A stretch of DNA of 64,000 bases from NCBI GenBank assembly GCA_045863235.1, contig BTUM01000024.1, positions 1 through 64,000 of the forward strand, in the 5' to 3' direction. The notes under the pieces are model-generated. The model was given only the letters and a program-made list of their open reading frames with translations, had not been told where the DNA came from and ran no database searches. Positions 50,001-58,046 of the stretch are shown piece after piece. The position numbers and the translations under genes are program-made. The DNA is from Candidatus Xenobia bacterium (GTDB lineage: Bacteria > Vulcanimicrobiota > Xenobia > Xenobiales > QWHO01). Positions within the stretch are counted from its first letter, which is position 1. The number at the start of each line of letters is the position of its first letter.

Positions 50001-50752
50001 TGGTGAAGCGGCACCGGGGGCTCGTGGAGGATGGCGTAGAGCACCGACACGAGCTCGGGCGAGTCGAATGGCAGCCGCCCGCTCAAGAGCTCGTAGAGGA
50101 TGACGCCAAGACTGTAGAGGTCGGTGCGTGAGTCGAGCTCGTGCCCCGCGATTTGCTCCGGCGACATGTAGTGCACCGTCCCGATCACCGTGCCTGGCTC
50201 GGTGAACGTGCTGGCTTCGCGACGTCGGGCCAGGCCGAAGTCGAGCAACCGGGGGGTGCCGCTGGGATCGATGAGGATGTTCTCCGGCTTGAGGTCGCGG
50301 TGGATGATGTTGTGTTGATGGATGTAGGCCAGCCCCTCGGTCAGCCGCGCAATCAGGGTTCCCAGCCGGGCTAGCCAGGCCTCTCGGGTGGGCCGCTCTC
50401 GCTCGCGGTTCAAGAAGTCGCGGATATTGGGGCCGGCTACCAGCTCCATGGTGTAGTAGGGCTGGTTGTCCACCACTCCCTTGTCGAACACGGCCACCAG
50501 GGACGGGTGCTCCAGCCCCCGCACGACCTCGAACTCGCGCTCGAAGCGCAGCTTGTCGAGCAAGGTCACCGCCACGGCCGTGCGCAGGAGCTTGAGGGCG
50601 ACTTCCCGCCCCGTTTCAGGCTCGGCCACGCGGTAGACCCAGCCCATCCCCCCGTGTCCGAGGAACTCGAGCACGGCGTGGCCGTCGATCGACTCGGGAT
50701 GGTCCATTTGGCCCACTTGTTCGGGCGCGGCGCCCCCCAGGCCTTTTTGCAT
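47006..50752 (-). CDS. Ser/Thr kinase + AAA ATPase + TPR protein
   Basis: GHGGMG, VALK, HRDLKPEN, DFG, GTVHYMSPEQ; FVGR, GVSGVGKT, FLEDLQWAD, GNPLF; helical repeats. Confidence 0.93.
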   Translation of the reverse strand: MQKGLGGAAPEQVGQMDHPESIDGHAVLEFLGHGGMGWVYRVAEPETGREVALKLLRTAVAVTLLDKLRFEREFEVVRGLEHPSLVAVFDKGVVDNQPYYTMELVAGPNIRDFLNRERERPTREAWLARLGTLIARLTEGLAYIHQHNIIHRDLKPENILIDPSGTPRLLDFGLARRREASTFTEPGTVIGTVHYMSPEQIAGHELDSRTDLYSLGVILYELLSGRLPFDSPELVSVLYAILHEPPVPLHQHCPWLPQPVVEMTMRLLEKEPADRFQSAAELLEELNHAFGTPVDLIGPEPLPVAHASPPEQLFTPRFVGRDQELRQVLERLDRLHERGALVLVEGVSGVGKTRFLQELAGQARSLGLACVWGYGNEVEALPYNPWIRILRRSLKNGLPAELEVFRDALSVLFPELGEPHVDREDPLLKFHLFEGMVRLLARMASHRGLVVFLEDLQWADPASLEFLHYAGRSLLGQAEESLPIAIVTSCRDELVGSNDAFMRVRASLVRLEGMDEIPLDPLSQEQTAAVVSSMLGQGTVEPETQARLFHETEGNPLFIAEILKTFVAEGRLRLDRGSWNLESTALPRTSAGGSRIPVTVRDAVERRLAGLDPGDLRVARQAAVLGRTFEFEVLARAWNIPQEELIDRVERLVGRKILTEARERGFLTFYNQPILEVLLEGTPADLQVDLHARAARALEGLANPERQAARLAHHYRLSGQGSQAVIHLVRAGDASAQAFAYLEAADLYQRALDIPEVETVLSRRELQEKLADANYGAGLTEMALETYTWLLGGVKDSLEHARLLRKLGTCWERLGDLRQAQRCLKDALKQLGIKLPSMSFLATIGIPFRQLGQFLRKKAVVPGYRKDLRRTDEMERVLERLTRVLFFLRPEGWVLDTLDMSLRQQFIARVLNSREAAGQAKLFSGYSILFFPRVMMPHARRQLRVAADMARELGDSLQKAAFLRESGYLLFVVGDVRNALVLEMQALELSQRLGDIHGLALNHTVLQLISRYRGRLDEAFHHALKAREYAESTSSKVDFMLSLINMGHIAALRGEVAEANRHLAQAERRARKLSLPFLTMLIELARGWTYFAEGCWQDALECGETSTRTCKLRHAPYYMAESRLLEACATVRLARDRAGREKATQRIKAARIESSGLYPLFEAILRRLEGEMADRAGRQEEALAAYQEALETFEVLQNPLEQANSHRLLAAYFQVRDPVLAEKHREAVERCLQEAGAIPRIREVDPTL

Positions 50753-50813
50753 GGAATTTTCAGGCTGCAGGGGTAGATTGAGTCCAGCAGATCACTGAAA
50801 GGGAACTGAGACG

Positions 50814-51215
50814 ATGAGCAGCCTGGCCACAGCCCTCGCCCCCGCCCCCCGCGCCGTCCGCCCCCGCGGAATGCGCCGTCTGGCCTACCTCCTCATCGTG
50901 CGCGGCACCGCACTGACCCTGGCCCTGTTCGGCCTGGTGGCGGGCCTGGTTCTCGGTCCGCTGTTCGCGATCGCCGCCGCCTTCGGGTGGGGTCGCGCCG
51001 AGGGCGCCCAGCAGCTGGTGCCCGGCCCGGGCGCCTGGGTGGCTCATCAGGTGCGCGCTCGTTACGCCAACCCATTTCTGGCCATTCCCGGAGCGATGAT
51101 GGCCGGCGCCGCCGCCGGCCTGGTAACCGGCCCGTTCTGGTTCGACTTCCTGGGCTGGAGCCTGGGGCGCTTCGTGGGCGAGGCTCTCGCCTGTCGCTGC
51201 ATCGAGCTTGACTAG
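50814..51215 (+). CDS. Hypothetical membrane protein
   Basis: 133-aa ORF with hydrophobic helices. Confidence 0.65.
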   Translation: MSSLATALAPAPRAVRPRGMRRLAYLLIVRGTALTLALFGLVAGLVLGPLFAIAAAFGWGRAEGAQQLVPGPGAWVAHQVRARYANPFLAIPGAMMAGAAAGLVTGPFWFDFLGWSLGRFVGEALACRCIELD

Positions 51216-51507
51216 AACGAGGCTCTCCTTTGGCAACCGGGCCACTCTGACTGCTCTGATCTGCTTTCAAGTCGGGGCCGGTTGCCTGCTCTTCAGCCTG
51301 GCCCATCGCTGGGGCTGGGATGCGTTTGTCACTATCGCGATCTTTCTCGGGTTGGGCCTGCTGCAACTGTTCCTGGGAGGTTATCTGGTGTTGTCAGGCC
51401 CAAATCCGGCCCGGCTTGCTTCCCTGTTGGGCCTGACCTGGTTATTCAGCCTGTTGCTGACGGCTCTGGCTGCCTGGTGGGCCATCGAGCACGCCTCAGG
51501 CTGCTGA
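51208..51507 (+). CDS. Small three-TM hypothetical protein
   Basis: 99-aa hydrophobic ORF overlapping the upstream stop. Confidence 0.6.
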   Translation: MTRTRLSFGNRATLTALICFQVGAGCLLFSLAHRWGWDAFVTIAIFLGLGLLQLFLGGYLVLSGPNPARLASLLGLTWLFSLLLTALAAWWAIEHASGC

Positions 51508-51516
51508 GTCTCGGAC

Positions 51517-51552
51517 AACAAAAAAGCCCGGCTCTTGCGAAACCGGGCTTCT
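51517..51552 (-). terminator. Intrinsic terminator of the Cys-rich peptide gene
   Basis: Minus strand reads agaagcccggtttcgcaagagccgggctttttt. Confidence 0.85.
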
Positions 51553-51568
51553 CCCGAGCAGGTCGGTC

Positions 51569-51967
51569 TTACTTTCCGTTGCAGCCGTCTTTCCCACTGC
51601 ACTTGCCCTTGCCAGGGCAGCCGTCCTTGCCACTGCACTTGTCCTTGCCCGACTTGTCCATTCCCGAGCAGGCATTGGGTCCGGCACAAGCCATCTTGCC
51701 CTGGCAGCCGTCTTTGCCCTGGTCCTTGCCGCTGCACTTGCCGGAGCAGCCGTCCTTGCCGCTACACTTGCTCTTGCCGCTGCAGCCGTCTTTGCCCGAG
51801 CACTTGCTCTGGTCCTTGCCGCTACACTTTCCCGAGCAGCCGTCCTTGCCCGAGCACTGATCCTTCTCTTTTTCATTCTCTCGGGCTGCGGCAGGCAGCG
51901 CCGTGGCTCCGGCAACCATTCCGGCCACGGCGGCGGCCATCATCTTGGTGAATTCCCTTCGATTCAT
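51569..51967 (-). CDS. Tat-exported Cys-rich repeat peptide, probable RiPP/metallophore precursor
   Basis: MNRREF Tat signal ending AAA. The mature part has 15 Cys in CSGKDGCxGK repeats and one CAGPNACSG unit. Confidence 0.85.
   Translation of the reverse strand: MNRREFTKMMAAAVAGMVAGATALPAAARENEKEKDQCSGKDGCSGKCSGKDQSKCSGKDGCSGKSKCSGKDGCSGKCSGKDQGKDGCQGKMACAGPNACSGMDKSGKDKCSGKDGCPGKGKCSGKDGCNGK
51572..51860 (-). repeat. Imperfect intragenic tandem repeats
   Basis: Recurring cagccgtc(c/t)tt(g/c)cc and cacttg units on the + strand encode the GKDGC/KC repeats. Confidence 0.85.
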
Positions 51968-52142
51968 CCTCTCGGGTCCTCCAGTAAGTTTTGTCGACCG
52001 CTCCTGTCTTCGCTGAAATCTCCGGCCCTCAGGCGAATCGGTCGCCCCGCCGGTGAAGCGGTTCTCCGCACTTCACCCCATCCGAACCGACTCCTTCAGG
52101 TCCAAGGGGAGAACGCCACGGGCGGCCAATTGGTTGCCTGGC

Positions 52143-52372
52143 TCAAGGTTCGAGCTGGCGGATGCGCAGCTCCTGAAACCCGGTAGCCGGGTCTTCCTGG
52201 CGGGTGAACTCGAGCCCCTCTAATTCGAGCACTCTCGGGCCAGGCGCATCAACTCGGTCTTCAGGTCCTGACCTGGCAAAAGGCGCAGTGCGATGGCCCG
52301 AGAGCCGGTAGCAGCCGCCTCCTCGGCTTGCACCGGCAGAAAGAGCAGCAGGGCCAATAGCAGGAAAATCAC
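52143..52372 (-). pseudogene. PPC/DUF296-family gene with internal deletion and frameshift
   Basis: Signal peptide + ALRLLPGQDLKTEL (PPC N-terminus) joined out of frame to VLELEGLEFTRQEDPATGFQEL (PPC C-terminus). The central part is absent. Confidence 0.7.
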
Positions 52373-52374
52373 CT

Positions 52375-53010
52375 TCAGATCGTCCCGATGGGCTGGAGCT
52401 TGAGCCCTCCGTCGGAACCGCGGGTCATCCAGTAGACGGTTCCGCACTTGAGCTTGATCGAGAGCGGTGCGCCTCCATCGGTGGGCTTGAGGGTGACATC
52501 GACCACCTCGCCCGCGGTGCGGGCCGCCCCGATCGAGAGATAGTTGCAATTGTTGTTGTGGTCGGGCCCTGGAATGGTCCAGTCGTTGGAGGTCGTGAAA
52601 TCGGAAAAGCTCACGTCGGCCTTCACCGGGATGCCGGTGCCGTTGAGGATGCGGGGATGGGCATCGCGCGCCTGACCGCCCTGATACTCCCCGATGTAGG
52701 TGTAAATGTAAGGATTCCACTTGTGGATGACGTAGATGCGCCCCGACTCGACCGAGGCCCGATATTGCTCGGCTCCGTCGGGGGACTTCACGACCAGCAT
52801 CTCCGTTTCGAGCGCCGGGCTCTTGGGGCCCACGTTCAACTCAATGGTGGGCTGGGCGGGCAATTTGACGTTGGTGACCTGGCCTCGTTGGGACAGCAGA
52901 TCGATCACCAGCTCTTGACCGGTTCCGTTAATCACCTTGACCTCTGCCCTGGCCACGCCAGCGCAACCCATGACGACCAGGCCTGCCACCAACCAGTGAT
53001 GTGCCCGCAT
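52375..53010 (-). CDS. Secreted hypothetical protein
   Basis: RBS GGAGG, a signal peptide ending ARA, and two INGTG/LNGTG beta modules. Confidence 0.8.
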   Translation of the reverse strand: MRAHHWLVAGLVVMGCAGVARAEVKVINGTGQELVIDLLSQRGQVTNVKLPAQPTIELNVGPKSPALETEMLVVKSPDGAEQYRASVESGRIYVIHKWNPYIYTYIGEYQGGQARDAHPRILNGTGIPVKADVSFSDFTTSNDWTIPGPDHNNNCNYLSIGAARTAGEVVDVTLKPTDGGAPLSIKLKCGTVYWMTRGSDGGLKLQPIGTI

Positions 53011-53111
53011 ATGGTTACCTCCTTGCGCGATTTCGCGGGGGGGTTCGCGACCACTTCGAGGGAGGCCTGTCCTCGAAGTTCTTCTCCGCCTCTGGTGAAG
53101 GAGGACTCCTT

Positions 53112-53300
53112 AGAAAAGTCTGTAGTGCAAAATTCTGGTCTGCACTACAGACTCAGGTGGATCTCACCGGGATCTTGGATGGATCGTCCGGCCCGGGGTA
53201 TTGTCATGTCAGGAGGTCGCCCTCGGGCCGCCTCCCCGGAACCCTCCAGAATCGTCACCCTGTCGCCACCTGATCCGGCTGGATCGGGTCTTTTCTTTTT
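53112..53300. ncRNA. Candidate structured non-coding element
   Basis: A 13-bp perfect IR (53117-53129 / 53141-53153), long-range tcaggtgg/ccacctga pairing, and a + strand hairpin + T tract at 53268-53300. Confidence 0.4.
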
Positions 53301-53324
53301 CCGAACGTCTCCCGAGCCAAACGG

Positions 53325-53366
53325 CTGATCTCGATCATACTCGGGTTTCGACCCGCTTTGTAGGAT
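53325..53366 (+). promoter_or_regulatory. FNR/FixK-like box with class II-spaced -10 element, upstream of hsp20
   Basis: CTGATCTCGATCAT (53325-53338) and TAGGAT (53361-53366). Confidence 0.65.
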
Positions 53367-53414
53367 CGGTTCGGGAAGCATGGATGCTTCACGATATCAA
53401 GGAGGACGTGGTCT

Positions 53415-53897
53415 ATGGCGAGTGAGATGCTAACCAAAGCCGAACCCAAGCAGGATCTGGTGCCCATGTGGCCCGATTTCGAGCAGTTCCGAACCGAGAT
53501 GCAAAAGATGATGGGGGAGATGTTCAGCCGCAGCTTGTGGCCGAGCATGGCCTCGATGCAGATGCCGGCCATGCGTCCGGCGCTCAACCTGTTCAAAGAG
53601 AACTCCAACCTGGTGGCCGAGTTGGCCGTGCCGGGACTGGCCAAGAAAGACCTCCACATCACGATCAGCGATCAGCTTCTGACCGTCGAGGGAGAGTTCA
53701 AGAAGGAAGAGAAGACGAAGAAGGATCAGACTTACGTCTCCGAGTGCTATACCGGAAAGTTCTCCCGCAGCACGCGGCTTCCGGCCGAGGTCAACTCGAA
53801 GAAAGCCCAGGCCGAGCTCAAGGACGGCATGCTGCGCGTCATCATGCCGCTGGCTGACCCGGGCCGCCACGAAACGACCAGGATCGAAGTCAAGTAG
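53415..53897 (+). CDS. Hsp20/alpha-crystallin small heat shock protein
   Basis: PALNLF, ELAVPG, LTVEGE, GKFSRSTRLP and AELKDGMLRV. RBS GGAGG. Confidence 0.93.
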   Translation: MASEMLTKAEPKQDLVPMWPDFEQFRTEMQKMMGEMFSRSLWPSMASMQMPAMRPALNLFKENSNLVAELAVPGLAKKDLHITISDQLLTVEGEFKKEEKTKKDQTYVSECYTGKFSRSTRLPAEVNSKKAQAELKDGMLRVIMPLADPGRHETTRIEVK

Positions 53898-54039
53898 ATT
53901 TCGAGGGACGCCAGGACCTGGACTGGCGCAATAGACTGATCGGCACGGCAAATCCGTCCCGCCTGACAGAGCGCGCGGCGCCGGGACCTTCTCGGCGCCG
54001 CTCGCATTTCTCTCGACTGCTCCCGTCTCGCTGAGTTCT

Positions 54040-54081
54040 CTGACCTGGATCATTTCCCGTGACCTGGTCAAGAGGCATACT
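54040..54081 (+). promoter_or_regulatory. FNR/FixK-like box with -10 element, upstream of the small ORF-lonC operon
   Basis: CTGACCTGGATCAT (54040-54053) and CATACT (54076-54081). Confidence 0.65.
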
Positions 54082-54126
54082 GAGCCCAGAGAAAAGCGCC
54101 AGCGGCGCAGAGAGGCAGGCCGCCAA

Positions 54127-54276
54127 ATGACCATCTTCTCCAGCGTGGAAGCCGCCCTGTGGCACGGCTTCATCTGGTTCGAGTTCGACCGCCGCCTGGG
54201 CTTGCACGTGGTGGTGCGCGATGACCGACGGGTCGATGGCCGACGGGTCCGAGCCCTGGCCTTCGCGCGGGCCTGA
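54127..54276 (+). CDS. Small protein (49 aa), absent from the ORF track
   Basis: MTIFSSVEAALWHGFIWFEFDRRLGLHVVVRDDRRVDGRRVRALAFARA, GC3-biased codons, stop 3 bp before the protease ATG. Confidence 0.65.
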   Translation: MTIFSSVEAALWHGFIWFEFDRRLGLHVVVRDDRRVDGRRVRALAFARA

Positions 54277-54279
54277 GCC

Positions 54280-56610
54280 ATGCCCATTGAGCCACTCTCC
54301 CCCCGGAGCCTTCGTCAGGTCTGTCGGCCGGAGGAGATCCCCTTTCAGACCACCGCCGAGGTGGGCGGAGAGGTTGAGATCATCGGCCAGGCTCGGGCCA
54401 GTGAGGCGGTGCGCTTCGGCGCCGCCATCGAGCATGAGGGCTACAATCTGATGGCCCTGGGACCCGAAGGGATCGGCAAGCAGACCCTGCTGGGCCAGGT
54501 GCTCAAGCGCCTCGCTCGCCAGGCTGCCACTCCTGAGGACTGGTGCTACGTGATGAACCACCAGGCCCCCAATCGCCCACGGGCTCTGTCTCTGCCGCCC
54601 GGTCGCGGCTCCCAACTCAAGCTCGACCTGGAGCGTGCGGTGGCTTCCCTGCATCGCTCGATGCCGGTAGCTTTTGCCAGCCAGGAGTACCGCACCCGAA
54701 GACAACGCCTGGACCGGCAGCTCGAGGAGCGCCAGGACGCGATTCTCGAGCCGGTTCGGCAGCAGGCTCTGGGTCTGGGGATTGATGTGAGTCGTTCCGA
54801 GTCTGGCGTGGTGCTCTCACCTCTGGACGAGCTCACTGAGGAGCAGCACGAGGCCCTTCAGTCCAGCATGGAGAGGGTGGAAGCCGAGGTGGAGACCCTG
54901 TTTGCCAGTTTCCACCTCATCGAGCGAGAGCACCAGGAGTCGCTGGAGCTCTTGCATACCGAGACTGCCGCTCCGGTGGCCCGTCAGGCAATCGACGAGT
55001 TGCGTTGCGCCTACGCTGAGCTTCCCGAGGTGTTGGCCTACCTGGACTCTGTGGAGCAGGATGTGGTCAAGAACTTCCCGGCCGAGCCCGAGGAAGGGGA
55101 CGAGGGGATCGACGAGAGCCGTTTTCAGGTCAACGTGGTCATCGACCAGCATGGTCGCACGGGCGCTCCGCTCATCTATGAAGACCATCCCACCTGCTCC
55201 AACCTGGTGGGGCACGTGGAGCAGATTTCTCAGCTCGGAACCCTGGTGACCGACTTTACTCTGATCCGCCCCGGTGCCCTGCATCGGGCCCGTGGTGGCT
55301 ACCTGCTGCTGGATGCGGCCCGGGTGCTGGATCACCCCTCGGCCTGGAAGGCCCTCAAGCGCGCCCTGAGAACCGGCAAGATTCGCCCCCGTACTTCCAA
55401 TCCGTCCGGAGGCCCCCGACTCGAGCCCGAGCCGATTCCCCTGGGCCACACCAAGGTCGTTTTGCTCGGTGACCGCAGCCTGTATGAGCTGCTTGCGGGT
55501 GTGGACCCCGATGTCACCGAGCTTTTCAAGGTCGTGGTCGAGTTCGAGGAGTGCCTTGACCGCCCCGGCGCCACCGAAACCTACGCGCGTTTGCTTGCCT
55601 CCCTGGTGGCCAAGCTGGGCTTGCGTCCCTTTCACCAGACAGCTCTGGCCCGACTGATCGAGGAGGCCTCCCGCCGCTCTGAGGATGCCGAGAAGCTGAC
55701 GCTGCAGATGCGGGCCATGGCAGACCTCTTGATCGAGAGCGACTACTGGGCCACCGGCGAGGTGGTGACCGACCGGGACGTGGAGCAGGCCTTGAGCGCC
55801 CAGCGTCGCCGCGTCGGCCGAACCAGCGAGAAGATCCTCGAGCAGATCATGCGTCGCAGCGTCGCCATCGCTACCGAGGGCGAGGAGGTCGGCCAGGTCA
55901 ACGGACTTTCGGTCCTGCAGGTCGGTCAGCAATGGTTCGGCTTCCCCAGTCGGATCAGCGCTCGGGTCTGGCCAGGTCGAGAAGAGCTCGTCGATATCGA
56001 GCGCGAGGTGGAGCTGGGTGGTCCGTTCCACAGCAAAGGTGTGCTCATCCTGAAGGCCTTCCTGGGTGCCCACTACGCCACCGAGAGCCCCCTGGCCTTG
56101 AGTGCCAGCCTGGCCTTCGAGCAGACCTACTCGCTGGTGGAAGGAGATAGCGCCTCCCTGGCCGAGCTCTGCGCCCTTCTTTCGGCCCTGGCCGATACCC
56201 CGCTGCGCCAGAGCCTGGCGGTGACCGGAGCGATCAACCAGCACGGCCAGGTGCAAGCCATCGGAGCAGTCAACGAGAAGGTGGAAGGTTTCTTCGAGCT
56301 GTGCAAGCAGCGCGGCCTGACCGGTCAGCAAGGGGTGATCCTTCCGGTTACCAACCTGCAGAACCTGATGCTCTCGCCCGAGGTGGTGCAGGCCGTGGAA
56401 GCGGGGCGCTTCGCCGTGTATGCCGTGGAGCACGTGGACCAGGCCCTCGAGCTGTTGACGGGCTGTCGCGCCGGCCAGCGTGACGGCTCGGGGCACTTTG
56501 CGCGAGGCAGCCTCAATGAAAGGGTGCAATCCCGCTTGACGGCTCTGAGTGCCTTGTCATGGCACGATGATCGGGATCATCGCGTTCTGACCCGGGGAAG
56601 GCTAAGCTGA
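54280..56610 (+). CDS. Lon-like S16 protease (LonC/AAA_32 type)
   Basis: IIGQARA, DWCYV.N, TDFTLIRPGALHRARGGYL, LEPEPIPL, VGQVNGL, HSKGVLIL, catalytic GDSASLAE and NEKVEGFF. Confidence 0.92.
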   Translation: MPIEPLSPRSLRQVCRPEEIPFQTTAEVGGEVEIIGQARASEAVRFGAAIEHEGYNLMALGPEGIGKQTLLGQVLKRLARQAATPEDWCYVMNHQAPNRPRALSLPPGRGSQLKLDLERAVASLHRSMPVAFASQEYRTRRQRLDRQLEERQDAILEPVRQQALGLGIDVSRSESGVVLSPLDELTEEQHEALQSSMERVEAEVETLFASFHLIEREHQESLELLHTETAAPVARQAIDELRCAYAELPEVLAYLDSVEQDVVKNFPAEPEEGDEGIDESRFQVNVVIDQHGRTGAPLIYEDHPTCSNLVGHVEQISQLGTLVTDFTLIRPGALHRARGGYLLLDAARVLDHPSAWKALKRALRTGKIRPRTSNPSGGPRLEPEPIPLGHTKVVLLGDRSLYELLAGVDPDVTELFKVVVEFEECLDRPGATETYARLLASLVAKLGLRPFHQTALARLIEEASRRSEDAEKLTLQMRAMADLLIESDYWATGEVVTDRDVEQALSAQRRRVGRTSEKILEQIMRRSVAIATEGEEVGQVNGLSVLQVGQQWFGFPSRISARVWPGREELVDIEREVELGGPFHSKGVLILKAFLGAHYATESPLALSASLAFEQTYSLVEGDSASLAELCALLSALADTPLRQSLAVTGAINQHGQVQAIGAVNEKVEGFFELCKQRGLTGQQGVILPVTNLQNLMLSPEVVQAVEAGRFAVYAVEHVDQALELLTGCRAGQRDGSGHFARGSLNERVQSRLTALSALSWHDDRDHRVLTRGRLS

Positions 56611-56614
56611 AGCT

Positions 56615-57160
56615 ATGAACGTGCTGGTTCCTCTGGATGGCTCGAGTCTGGCCGAGGAGGTGCTGCCGTTGCTGCTGGCATTCTCTCCCCAAGAGCGCGT
56701 CCTGTTACTGCGGGTCGTGCCTCAGGTGGCCGGCAGCTCGAGCTGTCCCGACGCGCCCGACTGGTCGGATCGCAATACCGCTCGCGAGCTCGATGAGCTG
56801 CTGGCCGAAGCGCGCGCCTATCTGGCCCGGGTCGCCGCCAGTCTGCCCAGGCCGGTTGAGACCCGAGTGCTGGTCGGCCATCCTGGCCAGGCTATCGTGG
56901 ACGCTGTCCTGCGCTGGGATATCGAGCAGGTCATCATGAGCTGTCGCTGGCGCACCGAATCGTGGGGGCAAACGGCAGATTGGGCCTGGCACCACAGCCC
57001 CTGTCCGGTGGTCTTGCTGCGGACGGGTGAGAGCATCTCGCCGGCCGAGGATTCGCCGGCCAGCCGACTCTCAGCCCGCATCGACGAGCTGCAGCGCCAG
57101 GTGCATCGCCAGCAGGAGCAGCTCGGCCGTCTGCAGCGCCTGGTGGTGGAGTCACACTGA
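56615..57160 (+). CDS. Universal stress protein with coiled-coil tail
   Basis: VLVPLDGSSLAE, GHPGQAIV and SPCPVVLLR. The glycine-rich ATP loop is degenerate. Confidence 0.85.
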   Translation: MNVLVPLDGSSLAEEVLPLLLAFSPQERVLLLRVVPQVAGSSSCPDAPDWSDRNTARELDELLAEARAYLARVAASLPRPVETRVLVGHPGQAIVDAVLRWDIEQVIMSCRWRTESWGQTADWAWHHSPCPVVLLRTGESISPAEDSPASRLSARIDELQRQVHRQQEQLGRLQRLVVESH

Positions 57161-57173
57161 GCCGCACGTCGCT

Positions 57174-58025
57174 TCAGCGGGTGAGGGGGAAGGCCAGCAC
57201 CGGGCAACTGGCGTGGCGAGCCACCCGTTCGGTCACGCTGCCGAGCACCAGTCGCTGCATCCCGCTGCGACCGTGGGTGGCCATGGCGATCAGGTCGGCC
57301 TTCTTCTCCTCGGCCAGCGTCATGATCGCCTCGGCCGCAGGGCAGTCGAGCACACGCCGGCCGAACCGGTCCTCCGGGTCGAGCGCCTTCAGCTCGTCCT
57401 CGAGCGCGTCCAGGTAACTCTGGTAGCTGACCTGATCGAGCCGCAAGGCGCTGTGTCTTACCAGGTCCTCGCTGGCCCGCACCAGGGTCAGGTGGGCACT
57501 CTGATGGAGGTAAGGTTGAACCCTCTGGATGACCTCGGCCGAGCCGCGTGAGCCATCCACCGGCACGATGACCTCTCGGAATCCCTGGAAGTCTGCCGCG
57601 ATCTCGCCCCGACATAGCAGCACCGGACAGGGAGACTTGCGCACCGCCCCTTCGGCCACGCTGCCCAGCAACCAGCGGGCCGGGCCTGAGCGGCCGTGAG
57701 AGGCCATGCAGATCAGGCCCACGCCTTCCTCCTCAGCCTCCCGAACGATCTGATCCACCGCCTGGCCGAACAGGGCCCGCGTCGCTCCGGCCATTCCCCA
57801 CCGGGTGAGCTGTCGGGCGATGGTCTCGAGATAGTCGGAAGCCTCCTCTCGAGCCACTTTCTCGACCTGCAGCGCCAGCCCGGGAGCACCGGCCGGAATG
57901 GCCACCGAAGGGCTGACCACGCGTACCACCACCAGCTCGCCGGACCAGAGTCGGGCCAATCCGGCGGCCAGGTCCAGTGCGTCCTCGGCCAGTTTCGAGC
58001 CATCCAGGGGGATCAGGATCTTCAT
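57174..58025 (-). CDS. Tandem-domain universal stress protein
   Basis: Two USP units: ILIPLDGS...MASHGRSG..RWLLGSVAE and IVPVDGS...MATHGRSG..RLVLGSVTE. Confidence 0.93.
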   Translation of the reverse strand: MKILIPLDGSKLAEDALDLAAGLARLWSGELVVVRVVSPSVAIPAGAPGLALQVEKVAREEASDYLETIARQLTRWGMAGATRALFGQAVDQIVREAEEEGVGLICMASHGRSGPARWLLGSVAEGAVRKSPCPVLLCRGEIAADFQGFREVIVPVDGSRGSAEVIQRVQPYLHQSAHLTLVRASEDLVRHSALRLDQVSYQSYLDALEDELKALDPEDRFGRRVLDCPAAEAIMTLAEEKKADLIAMATHGRSGMQRLVLGSVTERVARHASCPVLAFPLTR

Positions 58026-58046
58026 GCTCTCGGGCTCCTCTTTTCG

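Noticed and set aside
51572..51860. Tandem repeats considered as a CRISPR array
   Set aside because: The repeats are short, degenerate and in frame within a coding sequence, with no unique spacers and no cas genes.
53255..53290. TPP riboswitch suggested by accc...acctgatccgg
   Set aside because: It lacks the CTGAGA and downstream GCGNAGGGA core elements.
54059..54071. GTGACCTGGTCAA as a fourth FNR-like box
   Set aside because: The half-site spacer is 3 bp rather than 4, and it sits between the box and the -10 element. It may be a different site, but that is unsupported.
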